DNA from: Utricularia gibba
Lineage: Eukaryota > Plantae > Magnoliophyta
Direction of reading: 5' to 3'
DNA length: 64,000 nt
Assembly: GCA_002189035.1 (NCBI GenBank)
Contig: CM007989.1
Coordinates: 4,836,001 to 4,900,000 of the forward strand
Position numbers and translations under genes: made by a program. Positions within the stretch are counted from its first letter, which is position 1; each line of letters opens with the position of its first letter. Below the pieces are notes generated by a model. It saw nothing but the letters and a program-made list of their open reading frames with translations. It was not told the origin of the DNA and made no database searches. Shown piece after piece: positions 1-12,085 of this stretch.

Positions 1-1442
1 TCCCTTTCCTTTGGGTTTGCCTCTACCTATTCCTTTATCTTTGCTTGTGCCCGCAGTTGTAGAACGTATGTTTCTTTGTTGAGCCATTGCTATAATATCG
101 TTTTCATTCAATTGAGCTTGCAATCTGTGAAGTTGTAATTCTTCCTTTAACACCTGTATTTTTTCATTCAGCTTCATTATTTCCAATTGAAAGTTGATAG
201 ATTTTTGTTGTCCAGCAATCAATTCATTGACTTTCATCTTCAATTCAACCTTGTATACAGATTGGTGTGCTACCAAGTCATCTATTCTGTTTTTGTTTTT
301 CTGAATCTGAAACTTCAGATCTGTTATCTATAGAAGAAAAAAAAACTAAATTAGAAAACATAAAAAAACAACTATCACATTTATTAGCAAAATTAGTTTC
401 ATTTTTATTACCTCATTTTCCATTCGTTGAATGTGTTTAAATTGGTTTAAAATGAGTTCTTTGTCATGTTGGCGTGCAACCGAGAGCTCCTCATTAATAT
501 ACATTTCAGCTTCCTCATGAATAGGCACTTCATTCTTCTCATCTCCATTTTCTTGTTCAGAATTCTCCTATACAAAAAATTTTTTATATTGCAAACCTTA
601 TTTATTTGAAGAGAAAATTAAAAATTTAAATAATATTCCTACTTTATTTACCTGTTGTTCATTGCTATTGATGTTTAGCTTAATGGGTTGTTCATAAACA
701 ACAAGCTGATGATGATTTCGCCTTGATATTGGTGTAGACCGCCACTCAACGACACCATGAATGTTTCGACATGCTGTCATAGTGTTAAATAAATAAGTAA
801 AATAACATATTTGAAAAATAATGTAAATTAACAAGACTTACTTCGAATTTGAGCAGACTTCGGGATGATGTCTTCAATCATATATCTCTTTGATTACAAA
901 AGACTTTTTAATGCATGTTTAGTTTCCTCATTCACATTGATTTTTTTCAATACGAGAATTTATAACATCATCCCCTGGATATGTCAATGGATAATGCCTT
1001 GAGATTTCAAAAGATGAAGGTGGTACAATCCATAAAAGAAGTTTATGCTATCGTGCCACAGTTCTAGGTATGTTTTGATAAAATCTATTATTTGGTAATT
1101 CTTGAAAATACCATGTTCCAGTAGCAGCTTTTTTTGGAACAGATAGTGCAAAAAATTTGACAATGAAGTTTCCACATATTCTTCTTCACACAAGTGTAAG
1201 AAAGCTAAGATAATACTATAGGAAGATGGTGCTAAAAACCCAATAGGCAATCTCAAGTAGTTGAGCACATCAAGAGCAAATGGATGAATAGGTAGCCTAA
1301 GACCAGCATCAAATGTTTTATGAGACACAAGCCAAGCATTGGGATGTTCATGAGGGGGATTGGCATCAAGAGGTGTGTTTTGCGGAGCAGGAATTGTCAA
1401 CCAATCGGTTGGGATGAAATATTTAACACGAAATCTATCCAT
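1..1442 (-). pseudogene. Spliced TRP28 (Transposase_28-like) gene with acidic linker and C-terminal coiled coil, running off the window edge
   Basis: ORF 984-1442 has the TRP28 core (FDAGLRLPIHPFALDVLNYLRLPIGFLAPSSY). A frameshift in the A7 run near 1130 restores GTWYFQELPNNRF...R*HKLLLWIVPP. Downstream GT-AG exons lie at about 410-588 (ENSEQENGDEKNE...RMENE) and 327-1; the latter is 109 open codons, coiled-coil-like, ending KGIGRGKPKGKG. Confidence 0.65.
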
Positions 1443-1784
1443 TATCTAATCAATAAAGGATATATAATAATAATGAAATTCTAAAAATAAGGAAATGAAA
1501 AACAACAAAACAAACATGATATTAACAATGAAAAATGCAGCTAAACCCAACTAAATACATAATTATATGAATTTTTAATAACTAAACCCAACTTAATATA
1601 TAACGCATACTGCAGCAACAAATGCATAGAATACATTTCACAAAAATAATGTAAGTTGCAACAACAAGATTACCCGATTTTAAGCCGACGAATTTTTGGT
1701 TTTCAGAAGCGCGACGACCCTGATAAGAAGAGACTTTGTATGTAGCAAAAGGTGATGTAAACTAGGTAGGTTTGTGCACTTATA

Positions 1785-3065
1785 TTGTGGACGCCAACTT
1801 TTTCAGAAAAACATATTGCATAGAATAATTCACATCCATATATGTCTAAATCAATTGTTTAAAATAATTAAAAAAATTGCAGCACCTACAAAATACTCAT
1901 TGTTTGATGGGCCGTCTCAAATTTCAAATTTTCAGTATTTTAAAAATGATAAACAAAAAAGGTTATGCATATATTTCATCGACATCTATGCATTACGTGT
2001 GTTTGTATGTACCTTCTCAAAATCCAACGATGTTTACATTTTCTTAAAAAATGAACAGAATTTATTTCACATTTCATTGTTCTAAACCCATAATTAAGCT
2101 ACACATTTTAAATTTTAGTAGTTTTTGTTCATAGTAATGAAGTTTACCATCACCAAAATTGCAACGATAAAAATAATAAAAATCACGTTTCTTTCCAAAT
2201 ATATGTTCAATATTTTTTTTATAAAACATTATAATATTTGACATTTAAATTAGAGAACACGATACATTAGTGTCTAATGTAAATGTGGATGATTATTTAT
2301 AAACTTAGTGTCATTATGTTGCCATTGAATTATACATTTGTAATTTCAGATTTTTGAACCAATTTTTTTAAATAAAAGTTCGATACAAAAAATATTTTGT
2401 ATCTAATGGACGTCAATTTTAATTGTAAATTATTTAATAAATAATTTACATCCGTAAGTACATTTGAGACTGTTTCCATAAATTGTTTTTGTCGCCCCTA
2501 CAAAACGCAATGTTACATATGTGCCATCCAAAATTTCACATTTGCAACATATTAAAAAGGCGGGAATATTTAAGATATTTTATTTACCCTAAACCCTAAA
2601 ACCCTGAAAACCCTAAACCACGAAGTGGAAATTTATGTTTTCTTTAATACAAATGGTCCTTGATGATGACGTTTATCAGCATAAATGTTGTAATGCGCTG
2701 AATATTCAAGGTATGATATAAAAATTAAGTTTTATACACAAGTATATGTATATTGTATCTCAAATGTTTTCCTTTACTAAACGTCACAACATTTGAGATT
2801 AAGTTAGATAAGAACTTACATTCGTATCATATTTTTGCTAAAATTGTTTTAAATTAGAATGTGATTGTACGTCAACATTACACTTATAATTATGTGTTTT
2901 AGCATAAAATTATTTAAAATAATTACGCACGAAAAAATATTTTTTAAAATATGGATGCCAATTGTAATTGGAAATCATTTAATAAACAATTAACATCCGT
3001 AATCAAATTTAATAGTATTTCAATATTTTGGTGGCCTCTACAAGAAACATTTTTATGTATTTCCC
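1785..3065. repeat. Three degenerate copies of a long-period AT-rich repeat (spacing about 545-620 bp)
   Basis: The motif order GGA(C/T)G(C/T)CAA...ACATCC...C(C/T)CTACAA recurs near 1790, 2408 and 2953. Confidence 0.45.
2587..2618 (+). repeat. Short telomere-like (CCCTAAA)n cluster
   Basis: ccctaaaccctaaaaccctgaaaaccctaaac: four imperfect plant telomere units. Confidence 0.6.
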
Positions 3066-3256
3066 GTCCCTTTAAATTAATTTAAAAAATCAAAATAAGC
3101 GCCATACAGTATAAATAAGTTGTTTCGTAGGTATTGTCAGAAATTTATCCATTTATTTTAAAATAAATTCAATGGCATAATTAAAATGTGACATTTCGTA
3201 AGTGTATGTCTAATTGAAAATAAATGGGACGGCTCTTTAGAAATCAGAGACTCCTT

Positions 3257-5141
3257 CTAACAATCTTGTAGGCATACATAATACTCCCATAAGGCATGTC
3301 CCTAACGTATGGAAGGCTGGCCTATTCGATTGTCATTAATATAATTTAGAACATCATTAGGATACTGTAACCCTTCAAGGAAAGTCCGCATCTCACCATC
3401 AACATTGAGTGATGGATCATCCCTATTAGTTGTGATGTATAACCAAGTGTATGCAAGAGTATACTAGCAAAAAATGACTTACCGGATTTTTCATTGATTT
3501 GTGAGGTGAATCATCAATTAATAAGGTATTGTGACGGTCATATCTTGTATTCAATCCATTATTGACAACCCATACACGACTCAACTACTTAATGTAAACC
3601 GTGGTGCTAGGATTATTGTGAACACGTACGCCGGTGTCCGTCGTCATGGTTTGGTCCCATACGAAAATGAGATTGTCAAATAATGAAGGTGGAAAGACCC
3701 ATTTAGTGATTGCTTGTAGTTGCTCCCTACAAAATAAATCACTTACAAGTGTTTGCACCAATTATAAATACCAACAAAAAACAAAATGCAACATACGTAC
3801 CCCCACGGGATGACCATAAGACTACATCAAAATTATCCAAACACCACCTAATAAAATCACGGGCATGTGGACGTAGAAAGACTGCATAATTTGCATCAAA
3901 AGTTACCTATGATATCTCACAAATCATGAATACACATAACATCCAAAAATAAGTATTGTGTTAACGTACTTGATCGGCCATATATGATTTTATCTGGAGG
4001 GATTCGTGACCTTGATGCTCCAGCCCTGTAAACGATGTCTTCTAGCACACCATTTACATCCAAGATAATCAGATTTCGTTGAGGCTCAGAGGCACTAAAA
4101 GGAGGTGTGGTATATACCCAACAACTCTCATGCCAATCCAACTTGTAGTAAAGTTCTTCATTCTCCTTTGTTATAAATTCAAGTCTGTCATCAACATCAT
4201 CAGGACCATGTGTGAGCTCATCCCCTTCAACATCATTCCCATCTTGTATCCTCTCATTCATAGACAAGTCTTCATTCTTTTGGAAGACTCGATGATTTTT
4301 CAACACACCACACCAATAGCGTTTTGTCCCCGTGCATCCACAAATGGTGGTAAAATGTCAACAAAACTCCTTTGCATACTTGAGAAGAGGAGAATAGCAT
4401 CTTGTATATCCCTCTTGGACAAGGTATCAAATCCTACAATAAAAGTAAATTTATTAATAATATATTCAACAAAAATGTTGAATAAGAATATTCAACATGA
4501 TAAATGTAAAAATATTCAAAAAGGGTATTAAAAGAGTGGATTAAAAAAAACACTCAATAATAATACCTTCAATAAAAAAATTCAATACAAATATGGAATA
4601 TTTTTATTCATATTTCTTCTAACAATACAAAGCAAGATTTACCTTTCGCCTTGCCTACTTCGCTCGAATTAGTGTAAATTTGAGGAAATTTGGTTTCCAT
4701 TGGAGGACATATTCAAACAAAACTTGTCCACTATTCTTCAAATCCTCTTCTCACATCGTTCACTAGCACCAACCCTTTTATCCCTTTTAAGGTGTAGTGG
4801 TTATTGTTTACAGTCCTAGAGCATACACTTACAGCAAAAAAATAGCGAAGTTCCACATCAAGACATAACTCCTCACAAATACTAACAAAGGCCAACACAT
4901 ATGAGATAGATCTTGGAGTCAAATGAGATAAAAGAATCTCTAAACATTCTAATATTTCTTCTAAAAAGGACAATAATGGTAAGCGCAAACCACAACGAAA
5001 ATGTTCCGTGCTTTAGGCAAATCCCATTGGACCCACACGGTTTGAAATTTCATTCTCAATCAACTCATCTGGTTCTTTGCCCCAAATCTCATATTCATTC
5101 GGTATCAAGAATCTAGTTCTCAATTTTTCAGAAGTGTGCAT
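3257..5141 (-). pseudogene. TRP28-domain / FCP1-like (NIF, HAD-family) phosphatase fusion pseudogene, copy 1
   Basis: Exon 5141-4643 encodes TRP28 (MHTSEKLRTRFLIP...STEHFRCGLRLP...WTSFV*ICPP). A phase-1 intron (4642-4434) leads to exon 4433-3970 (GFDTLSK...LIILDVNGVLEDIVY...GRS). Exon 3881-3801 reads IFLRPHARDFIRWCLDNFDVVLWSSRG. Exon 3726-about 3483 reads LIFVWDQ...NTLLIDDSPHKSMKNP. The last exon ends ...GEMRTFLEGL...IGQPSI...WEYY. Several in-frame stops and frameshifts are present. Confidence 0.8.
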
Positions 5142-5835
5142 CTAAGAACACCCATAGGAATTGTATAAAAATTCAAACTACAATAATTCAATATGGTACT
5201 ACAAATTGGAACATAGATCAGTAACCCATGGTGGAAAATAAATCACTTACCTTATTTAATTTAAATAACACTCCAAGTAGGTGATGGGACTGTGGGGGGT
5301 TCCGGTCGCTTTCGGCTGGAGGGGGGGGAGGGGAAAGAGGTAGGAAAATTTTCTTATCAGATGGGTGGTGATTAGGGTTGTCTTACTTGACAATGTGGGG
5401 AGTGGGGTGGTGATGTGTAGCACTGTATATGGGTGCGTGGGGATTTGGTTTAATACACCAAATCATAAGATAATGATTAAGCGCAATGATATCCCTACTT
5501 TCGTAGGTTGTCGGTAATAGCTTCCGTTGTTTTCAGACAAGGTGTGTGCCGCTTGTTTGAATCGATGCGAACCCATCGTGTAATTAATACTCCAATTTTG
5601 AGGCACCCAGAATCGCTAATGTGGGCGAATGGCACAAGAAATACAAAATTAGGCACCCCTACCCGAAATTTGGGGATTGCGCAATCTTTGAAAGTATTCT
5701 TAATTTTCATAAATATAAAAATATGTTAGTGCATTAATTGGAATATAAAAATCTGAAAATGAAATGATTTTATATATCCTAATTACTAAAAAATTATTTC
5801 AATAAATAAAGAATATTTGTCTATCGCTTAGACCA

Positions 5836-6250
5836 TTTTCTATACACCCATATTGCCTCGTGTGGGTGTCTGGAAAGAGAGTCGGATATCCTTTTCTAGG
5901 CACCTACAAGGCCTTGTGTGGGTGTCTTGAAAGAGTGGGTAAGGCCATTTCCAGGCGCCCACTTCTGTTATACGGGTGCCTGGTAAGGAGTATTTGAGAC
6001 AGTTTTCTAGATACCCTCTTCCCTAATGTCGGTGCCTCGGGAGAGTGTACAAGAAAGATTGTTGGACGCCACCTACAAAATAATGCATTGTGTGGGTGTA
6101 TGGGAAGTGTGATTTCCAGGCACCCACTTTGGTTATATGGGTGCCTGGGAAGGAGTATATGAGACATTTTTCCAGACACCCTCTTCCCTAATGTGGGTGC
6201 CTTGGAAGGATGTTTGCGAGTCTGCGATCGAATTCCAGGCACCCACTTTT
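5836..6250. repeat. Array of about 7.5 short hairpin units (period about 55 bp), consensus TTCCAGGCACCCAC...GTGGGTGCCTGGAA
   Basis: Units start near 5836, 5893, 5948, 6003, 6061, 6113 and 6168, with a half unit at 6232. 5948-6041 is repeated at 6113-6207. Isolated AGGCACCC motifs also occur at 5600-5670. Confidence 0.8.
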
Positions 6251-6353
6251 AATTAAAAACATGAATACAACATTTTCTTATAAAGTAATATTATTTCATG
6301 GAACACTAAATGTTTCCAAATTAGGAGTCTTCAATTTCATCTTCACTTGAACT

Positions 6354-6788
6354 CTAGGATAAGGTTTGATTTCTTTTCACAGCCTCCAGCCAATCCTTTA
6401 GACAAATGTATGCCTCTAGAGTCTCTACGTTCAATCTGGAGCGCTTGTGATTAAGAACTCGTCCTCCTGTACTAAACGCACTTTCAGATGCCACTGTAGA
6501 TGCTGAAGATGTTAGAAGATCTTTGGCCATTCTAGCCAAGATATGGTAAGTAGTAGAATTTGTCTTCCACCAATCCAATATATCAAAGTTGTCATCATCA
6601 ATACACTTAACAATAGGAGTATTATTGTAAAGTGTAAGTTGGTCAACAGAGTTTAGTGAGGATGATGAAGAGGAAGACACAAATGAACTATGCTTCCTAT
6701 GAATAATGTCCATTGGATTGCGACTACCAAGTGTCGAATTGTTACATGCTTTAGGAATATGAACACTAGGATCACTATATTTTCTCAA
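6354..6788 (-). mobile_element. hAT transposase C-terminal (dimerisation domain) fragment
   Basis: FDILDWWKTNSTTYHILARMAKDLLTSSASTVASESAFSTGGRVLNHKRSRLNVETLEAYICLKDW is the typical hAT dimerisation motif. It is truncated upstream by Copia sequence. Confidence 0.9.
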
Positions 6789-7620
6789 TGGTGAGCTACA
6801 TGAAAATATTTTGATAGATCTTTCACAAGGCTATCAATAACATCTTTATCCCCATCCATCTCATAAATATACATGCAAGCATAACTGAGCACTATATGGT
6901 CTCAACCATCCTGAAAATAGAATTCTAAATTCATAGAGATATTGCAAGGCCATGGTTATTGGTCATCAACTTTAAACCATTCTTTATTTATTAGATCAAT
7001 AGGGAGTGTTGTAATACTTGTATAACTATTTTAAGTTGACGATATCTTAATGAATGGTACTTTCATAGTTGAACATCATAAAGGAGTACAACTCTTGACA
7101 GATCCTTTCAAACTGAAGGATTTTGAAAATCCAAAATATTTTCTTGGACTCAAAATTCCTAGATCTTATTAAGGAATCAATCTATGTAAGAGAGAATAGA
7201 CATTAGATATGTTAGACAAACATAGTCTTTTTCGAGTTAAGCCAAAGACTACTAAAATAAAAACATGATAAAGATATGTTAAACATCCTTATACTTTTTT
7301 TAGGATCCTCATGCATATAGATGACTAATCCAATGGAAATAAGAGTTAATCGTTTGGGATTCCACTGACTGAATATCAAACAATGTTTTGTACTGCATGA
7401 GCTCAATGTCCAATAAACTAGAATAACCATGTTGAAATGTGACCATACCTCTGCACTTCATATGCCAACAAGTCCATTAATGCATGAAAAGACTAATTAA
7501 TTCTCTTTTGACTAGCATTTTATACTCGTGGTGATCATATTTGAGAATATATAAGTTAAATAAATACATTCAATCAGAAACGCAAGTTGCTAATTTATTC
7601 AATGAAGGATTTAGTATTTC
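6781..7620 (+). mobile_element. Degenerate Ty1/Copia RT-RNase H remnant
   Basis: Broken frames give FLNGELHENILIDLSQGY, ALYGL, VDDILM, LKDFENPKYFLGL and CDHTSALH...HEKT. Confidence 0.75.
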
Positions 7621-7999
7621 AAGACATTAGTCAAAGGTAATAAAAATATACTTGTTGAATGCATTTTGATAACCCTATATATAAGTAAAAACAATAATGT
7701 AATTTTTGAATAGAAAAAAATAATCAATTCTTCTTGTGACTTTCTCTTTCTTTTAGGTTTATGAGAGGTTCTCCTTATGAGTTTCTCCCGCTTTTGGGTT
7801 TCTCATAGCTTTCAATCAGTTGGATATTACTCTGAATTCTTGTTTTCTTAGTGAAAAGTACTTTATTCTAGTGTAATACAAGATAATTATTATTTATGTA
7901 ATTTTTTTTCATGCATATAACTTATTGCTGCTGGTGCAAGTATGGATCATGACAGTCATAGTATTAATAGATAAATACATGTTGATGAAGATATATTAA

Positions 8000-9220
8000 T
8001 GTTGCGTGTCGTTTCCTTAACAAATTTTAAATATTTATAAAACGTAAAAAACAAAAAACTGTAGTACGAGTATCGATCTCAGAGAGTTGTTTTTCATGAA
8101 AAGTGTTTGTAAGAAACTTTCACAAAATGTCATGGTTTTGCAAAAAGGGGTTTTTGAGATAAAGAAATAAAAGTTAAAACCTAAATGATGGGCCTTGACT
8201 ATAGGACGTTTTTTCTGGGAATGAGATTCCATCTCCTTCCTTTGTCCATCCTTGCCTCGGTTTTCACTGATTTCTTCTGAATAGCTGGTTATAGGAGTAA
8301 GGAATAGTCTACTCTCCCTTACACTCTGATTGACAAGGAGGCACGGGAATAGTCTCATGTGATTCCCCCTTGGACGATTAGGAAAACAAGAGGATTGACT
8401 TCAAAACTGAATTGCGCGCGTGTGCTCAGTTGTTGTCAATGGCCAATGGCAGGTCCGAGGTCACAAACAATCCACTACTTCCCTCGAACCGGCATGGTTG
8501 GAGTTGGTGCTCTTCACCTCAATCTTCACCAAAATCCGCGAGTGGCCTACTACTCATGGACCTTGACTTGGAGTTGACTGCAACAATATGCTGGAAGTAT
8601 GCAAAATCCAAATTGAATTCAACGAAGAACCGATTGTATTGCTCAAAACTTGGAAGGAAACTTCATCTACTCCCAGAAACTATAGGGTTTTAGCCACAAA
8701 TGACCATGAAAACAGAAATGAAATTAAATAATAAGTGTTCTTGGAGGAAGAACTCAAAAGTTCTAAGTCTAGAAATAAAGGTTGAAATGTTCGAAATTAA
8801 GTGCTCCAAGTGGCTTTTATATCACTCCCCACGTGCATTAACTCCTTTGGGTCCCCTTCCCATCATTCATTCTGTCTTGCGTGCACAAGCAGTTTTCCTT
8901 TGCGTGCAAGTTAGTGCCCAATCATTGTTGCAGACTTTGACATGCCGTAAGTTAGGAGCCTTGATCAGTGTCAGTCTTCCGCCCACAATCGTTCCAAGTC
9001 GCGTACAAGGCATGAAAAGTCAGACTCTAACCACCTGCAATACTCCACGACAGTATCCTGGCATGTCTCGGTCAATGTGTGAGAAAAAATATAGAAAATA
9101 TATACAAAATAGGAAAATACGAATTTTCTAATAAAATTCAAATACTTAATAATAAGACTCTTAAACACTAGATTAACACCTAATAATACTTAATAAATAA
9201 CTAGAAAATGACACTTAATA
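8000..9220 (-). mobile_element. Solo LTR, family A (same family as the Athila LTRs at 51115 and 58684)
   Basis: Begins tgttgcgtgtcgtttcc as at 58684 and ends gaaaatgacacttaata (CA decayed to TA). Perfect 5-bp TSD ATTAA at 7995-7999 and 9221-9225. Confidence 0.9.
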
Positions 9221-9249
9221 ATTAATGAAACTAATGACTTTCGACGCAT

Positions 9250-9720
9250 CATTCCTCGACATTGGAAATGCGAAAGAGGCGAGTGTATGCCAATCCTTTG
9301 TAGTATAAGTTTTTTGTATAACAAAGAAGGAAAATGTTGGACCTCATTCTCCATGTACCAATTGCTCACAAAAGCATTATCTTCCAATTAGTTGCTATTG
9401 GCATTCGAAAGCCTAATTCACCATCTTCATAGGCAAATGTCACATGTAGATGGTATATCCCTCCAAGAAACATTAACAAAGCATCCGCAAACTATCTATG
9501 CCGAATAATATTGGAAATATTGTAGAAAAATAGAATGATATATCCTTTAATGATCCTAATAGAATTTCAAAATTCCAATTTTTTTTGTGTGTAGCAAATC
9601 CTTTCTAACAAAATTTATTAATTACATGAATAAGCTTGTTGGTCCATTTATTGTTTTATTAAACTTTAATCAATAATTTTCATTGTTTACCTCAAGATGA
9701 AGACTTTCCTTAAATTCTGG
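9250..9720 (-). mobile_element. Degenerate LINE (L1) RT C-terminal remnant
   Basis: Minus-strand fragments VSWRD...EDGELGFR...N resemble the L1 VSWxxVCxPKxEGGLGIR motif. Heavily decayed. Confidence 0.4.
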
Positions 9721-10840
9721 CAATGGTTTTCAAATGCATTTACTGAGTAAGCCTCATTCAAAATCTAAACTATTCTCTTTGATATCCATCATGAACAAAG
9801 GATAGATAGAAGAGGAAAGTGAACTATAGTTGAGACTGTTTGCTTATAGCAAGAAGACACTTACTCTTATAGAATAACTTTGGATTTGTCAATGATATTG
9901 CCCAAGAAGCGGGCCATCCCAAAAGGAGAAGTTCGTGCATGAGAGCATTGAGACAACTTCATCTAATTGATGTAATTTGTATTTTTATATTACAATTTTA
10001 ATTTTTATAGTATGTGTAGAAATTTTTTTGAGTGGTGCTCTTAGATAAATACCACTCACATGTATGTGGTTTTAACTATATTTGACATGATCCATCTTTA
10101 TCGTGAATATAAACACTTGGTTTTTATATAGAAAGATTCAGTTATACATCTTTATTTAGGGGAGCTAAAATAAGATTAGATTATGAGTGTTTTGGAAAAA
10201 GCTTATAGTTTACCAAAATGTGAATGAGATTATTTTAATTTTAAATGATGTTTATAAAACTTCTATACTTTTTAAATAATTGTACTAAATGATATTTATT
10301 TCTATTTTTTATCTTGTAATAATTTTATTGATTATTCAAATTACTTTCGAGAACAAGTATCTTAAATCCAATTGTAAATATTTGACTTGTGGGTTGTGGT
10401 GTTGCATTTTGAGATGATGTAAACAACGATAATAGAGTTGTCTATGACCTAATTTGACGTGAAAAGATTTGACCCATACACAGATGCATGTTTATCTATT
10501 ACATGTTTTGCTATATAATGGATCATCTAGGAGTTGAATTGTCAATGTGTAGTGTATTAGATATTGCATACGAGTTATTTTCTATTGGTCATGATATTAT
10601 TCATGTACTTTCCTAAACTTTAGCATTAACACAAATATGTGAAATGACAATCCTGTTTTGTTCTCAATAGTTGAGCCCTATAAAAGTCTTGAGTTGGCTC
10701 ACCTTAACTCTTGTTACCTCTTGTTATGTTATACTAGAAGATTCATCCTCTTTAAAAAACTTGAGAGGTTTATCAAGTTGTAACACTTTTATCTTTAAGT
10801 GCATTTCTTCATGGTCATTGTGGTCCTCTTATTAGGTCTA

Positions 10841-12085
10841 TGATAACACAAAAACTTTCATGTTTTAGGATAAGATAATCATAGCTTTTTAATTATGCTT
10901 TCGTTGCTTATTTTATAGTTTTATTTATTTCTATATAACTTATGAAATATGTGATTTTTATGTGTTAGTATGCTAAATCCTTTTATATAACCAACCCAAT
11001 GTTCTAATCCAATTGTGAGTCTATCACCAAGTCTTAAAATAATGGAAAGACACAAAGGTTTCATGCAAGTCAGCATGTAGTAGGAGGAGCAAAAGGCAAT
11101 GGGTGCACTTCTCTCACACCTGTATGCAACTCAAGAGCAGGACCAGTAGTGGTGTCAAAGATTGTACTTGCTTTGGGAGTAAGAAAGAAGAAAAAAATAT
11201 GGAGAGAGAATTAAAAAAGTGAGCTTGAGCAAGAGCGACACATAGAAGGCTTCTCGCAAAAAAAGCCTCCTCACCTACTAGAACACTACTACCATCTAGT
11301 TTAGCGTTATTATTCCATACTTTAAACTATAGCTAACGTGAATTAGAACAATTCTTTACTTCATTTTTGTTTGCTGAATGTTTTTTTTTTGTTTCTATGA
11401 TTGACTTTCTCACAATGTTTCTTTTACTTTAGGTTTTTAATCTTAATGACATTACGTTTTATCCTCCAAGTATGAGTAGTTAAAACTTAGGAATATCTTA
11501 ATGTGTAGAATGGTGATATGGAGCTAGGGTTAATAATGTATATGATTTTTGTTTTTAATTTTTTTTTTATCATTCAATAGGTAGACCTTAGGGGAGAATA
11601 AGTGACTTCACAATTCATATGTTTGATTTAGAGGTAGATCAATAAATCAAGGCGAGAGCAGTAGGTATTAGTCCAAAGTAGAAATATGATGAATGACCTG
11701 GGTAGACTTCGTTGTTTGAAGTTGTAAGTATAAGGATATAGTAAATTAAATTAGGTATATTAATACCACGTCACTTGCATTGTCTTAAGGCATCTTAGTA
11801 TCATCCTATACTCAAAACTAACACTTTTTATTTCCTACTTTGCAACTTGACTTTACTTAATGAGTTTTTCTATTACTATTAGTTTAAGCTTAGATTAAGA
11901 ACAACGTTTATTCTGAATTCTGCATATGCTAAAACATTTTGCAAGCATCAGCTCCTTGTGATCGACCCTAAATTCCATTTTACATTTTAGGTTTAATTTG
12001 TATCATGTGAGGATTATGATTTATAAATTTATTTGATACAAAGATTTCATTTATTGTAATGATTTTAGGAAAATTCCGTTTATCA
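10841..12085 (+). mobile_element. Solo LTR, family B (TGATAACAC...TTTATCA, Athila-like)
   Basis: TG...CA termini. Flanks GTCTA/ATCTA (4/5 TSD). The 3' half is homologous to 13800-14548 and 35609-36167 (ggtagacc..., gctccttgtgatcgaccc). Confidence 0.8.

Noticed and set aside
2587-2618. Interstitial telomere or chromosome-fusion scar
   Set aside because: Only four imperfect units. Such telo-like motifs are common in plant TEs and promoters.
5836-6250. CRISPR-like array (repeat plus variable spacer)
   Set aside because: Eukaryotic context, degenerate repeats, spacers that are themselves duplicated, and no cas genes. The 112-aa ORF 5904-6242 is an artefact of the repeat.
8035-9131. Recurrent ORFs (MRLFPCLL..., MIPPWTIRK..., MRVCPAV..., MVKIKVK...) at about 8, 52 and 59 kb suggesting a gene family
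   Set aside because: They are chance frames inside copies of the same family A LTR.
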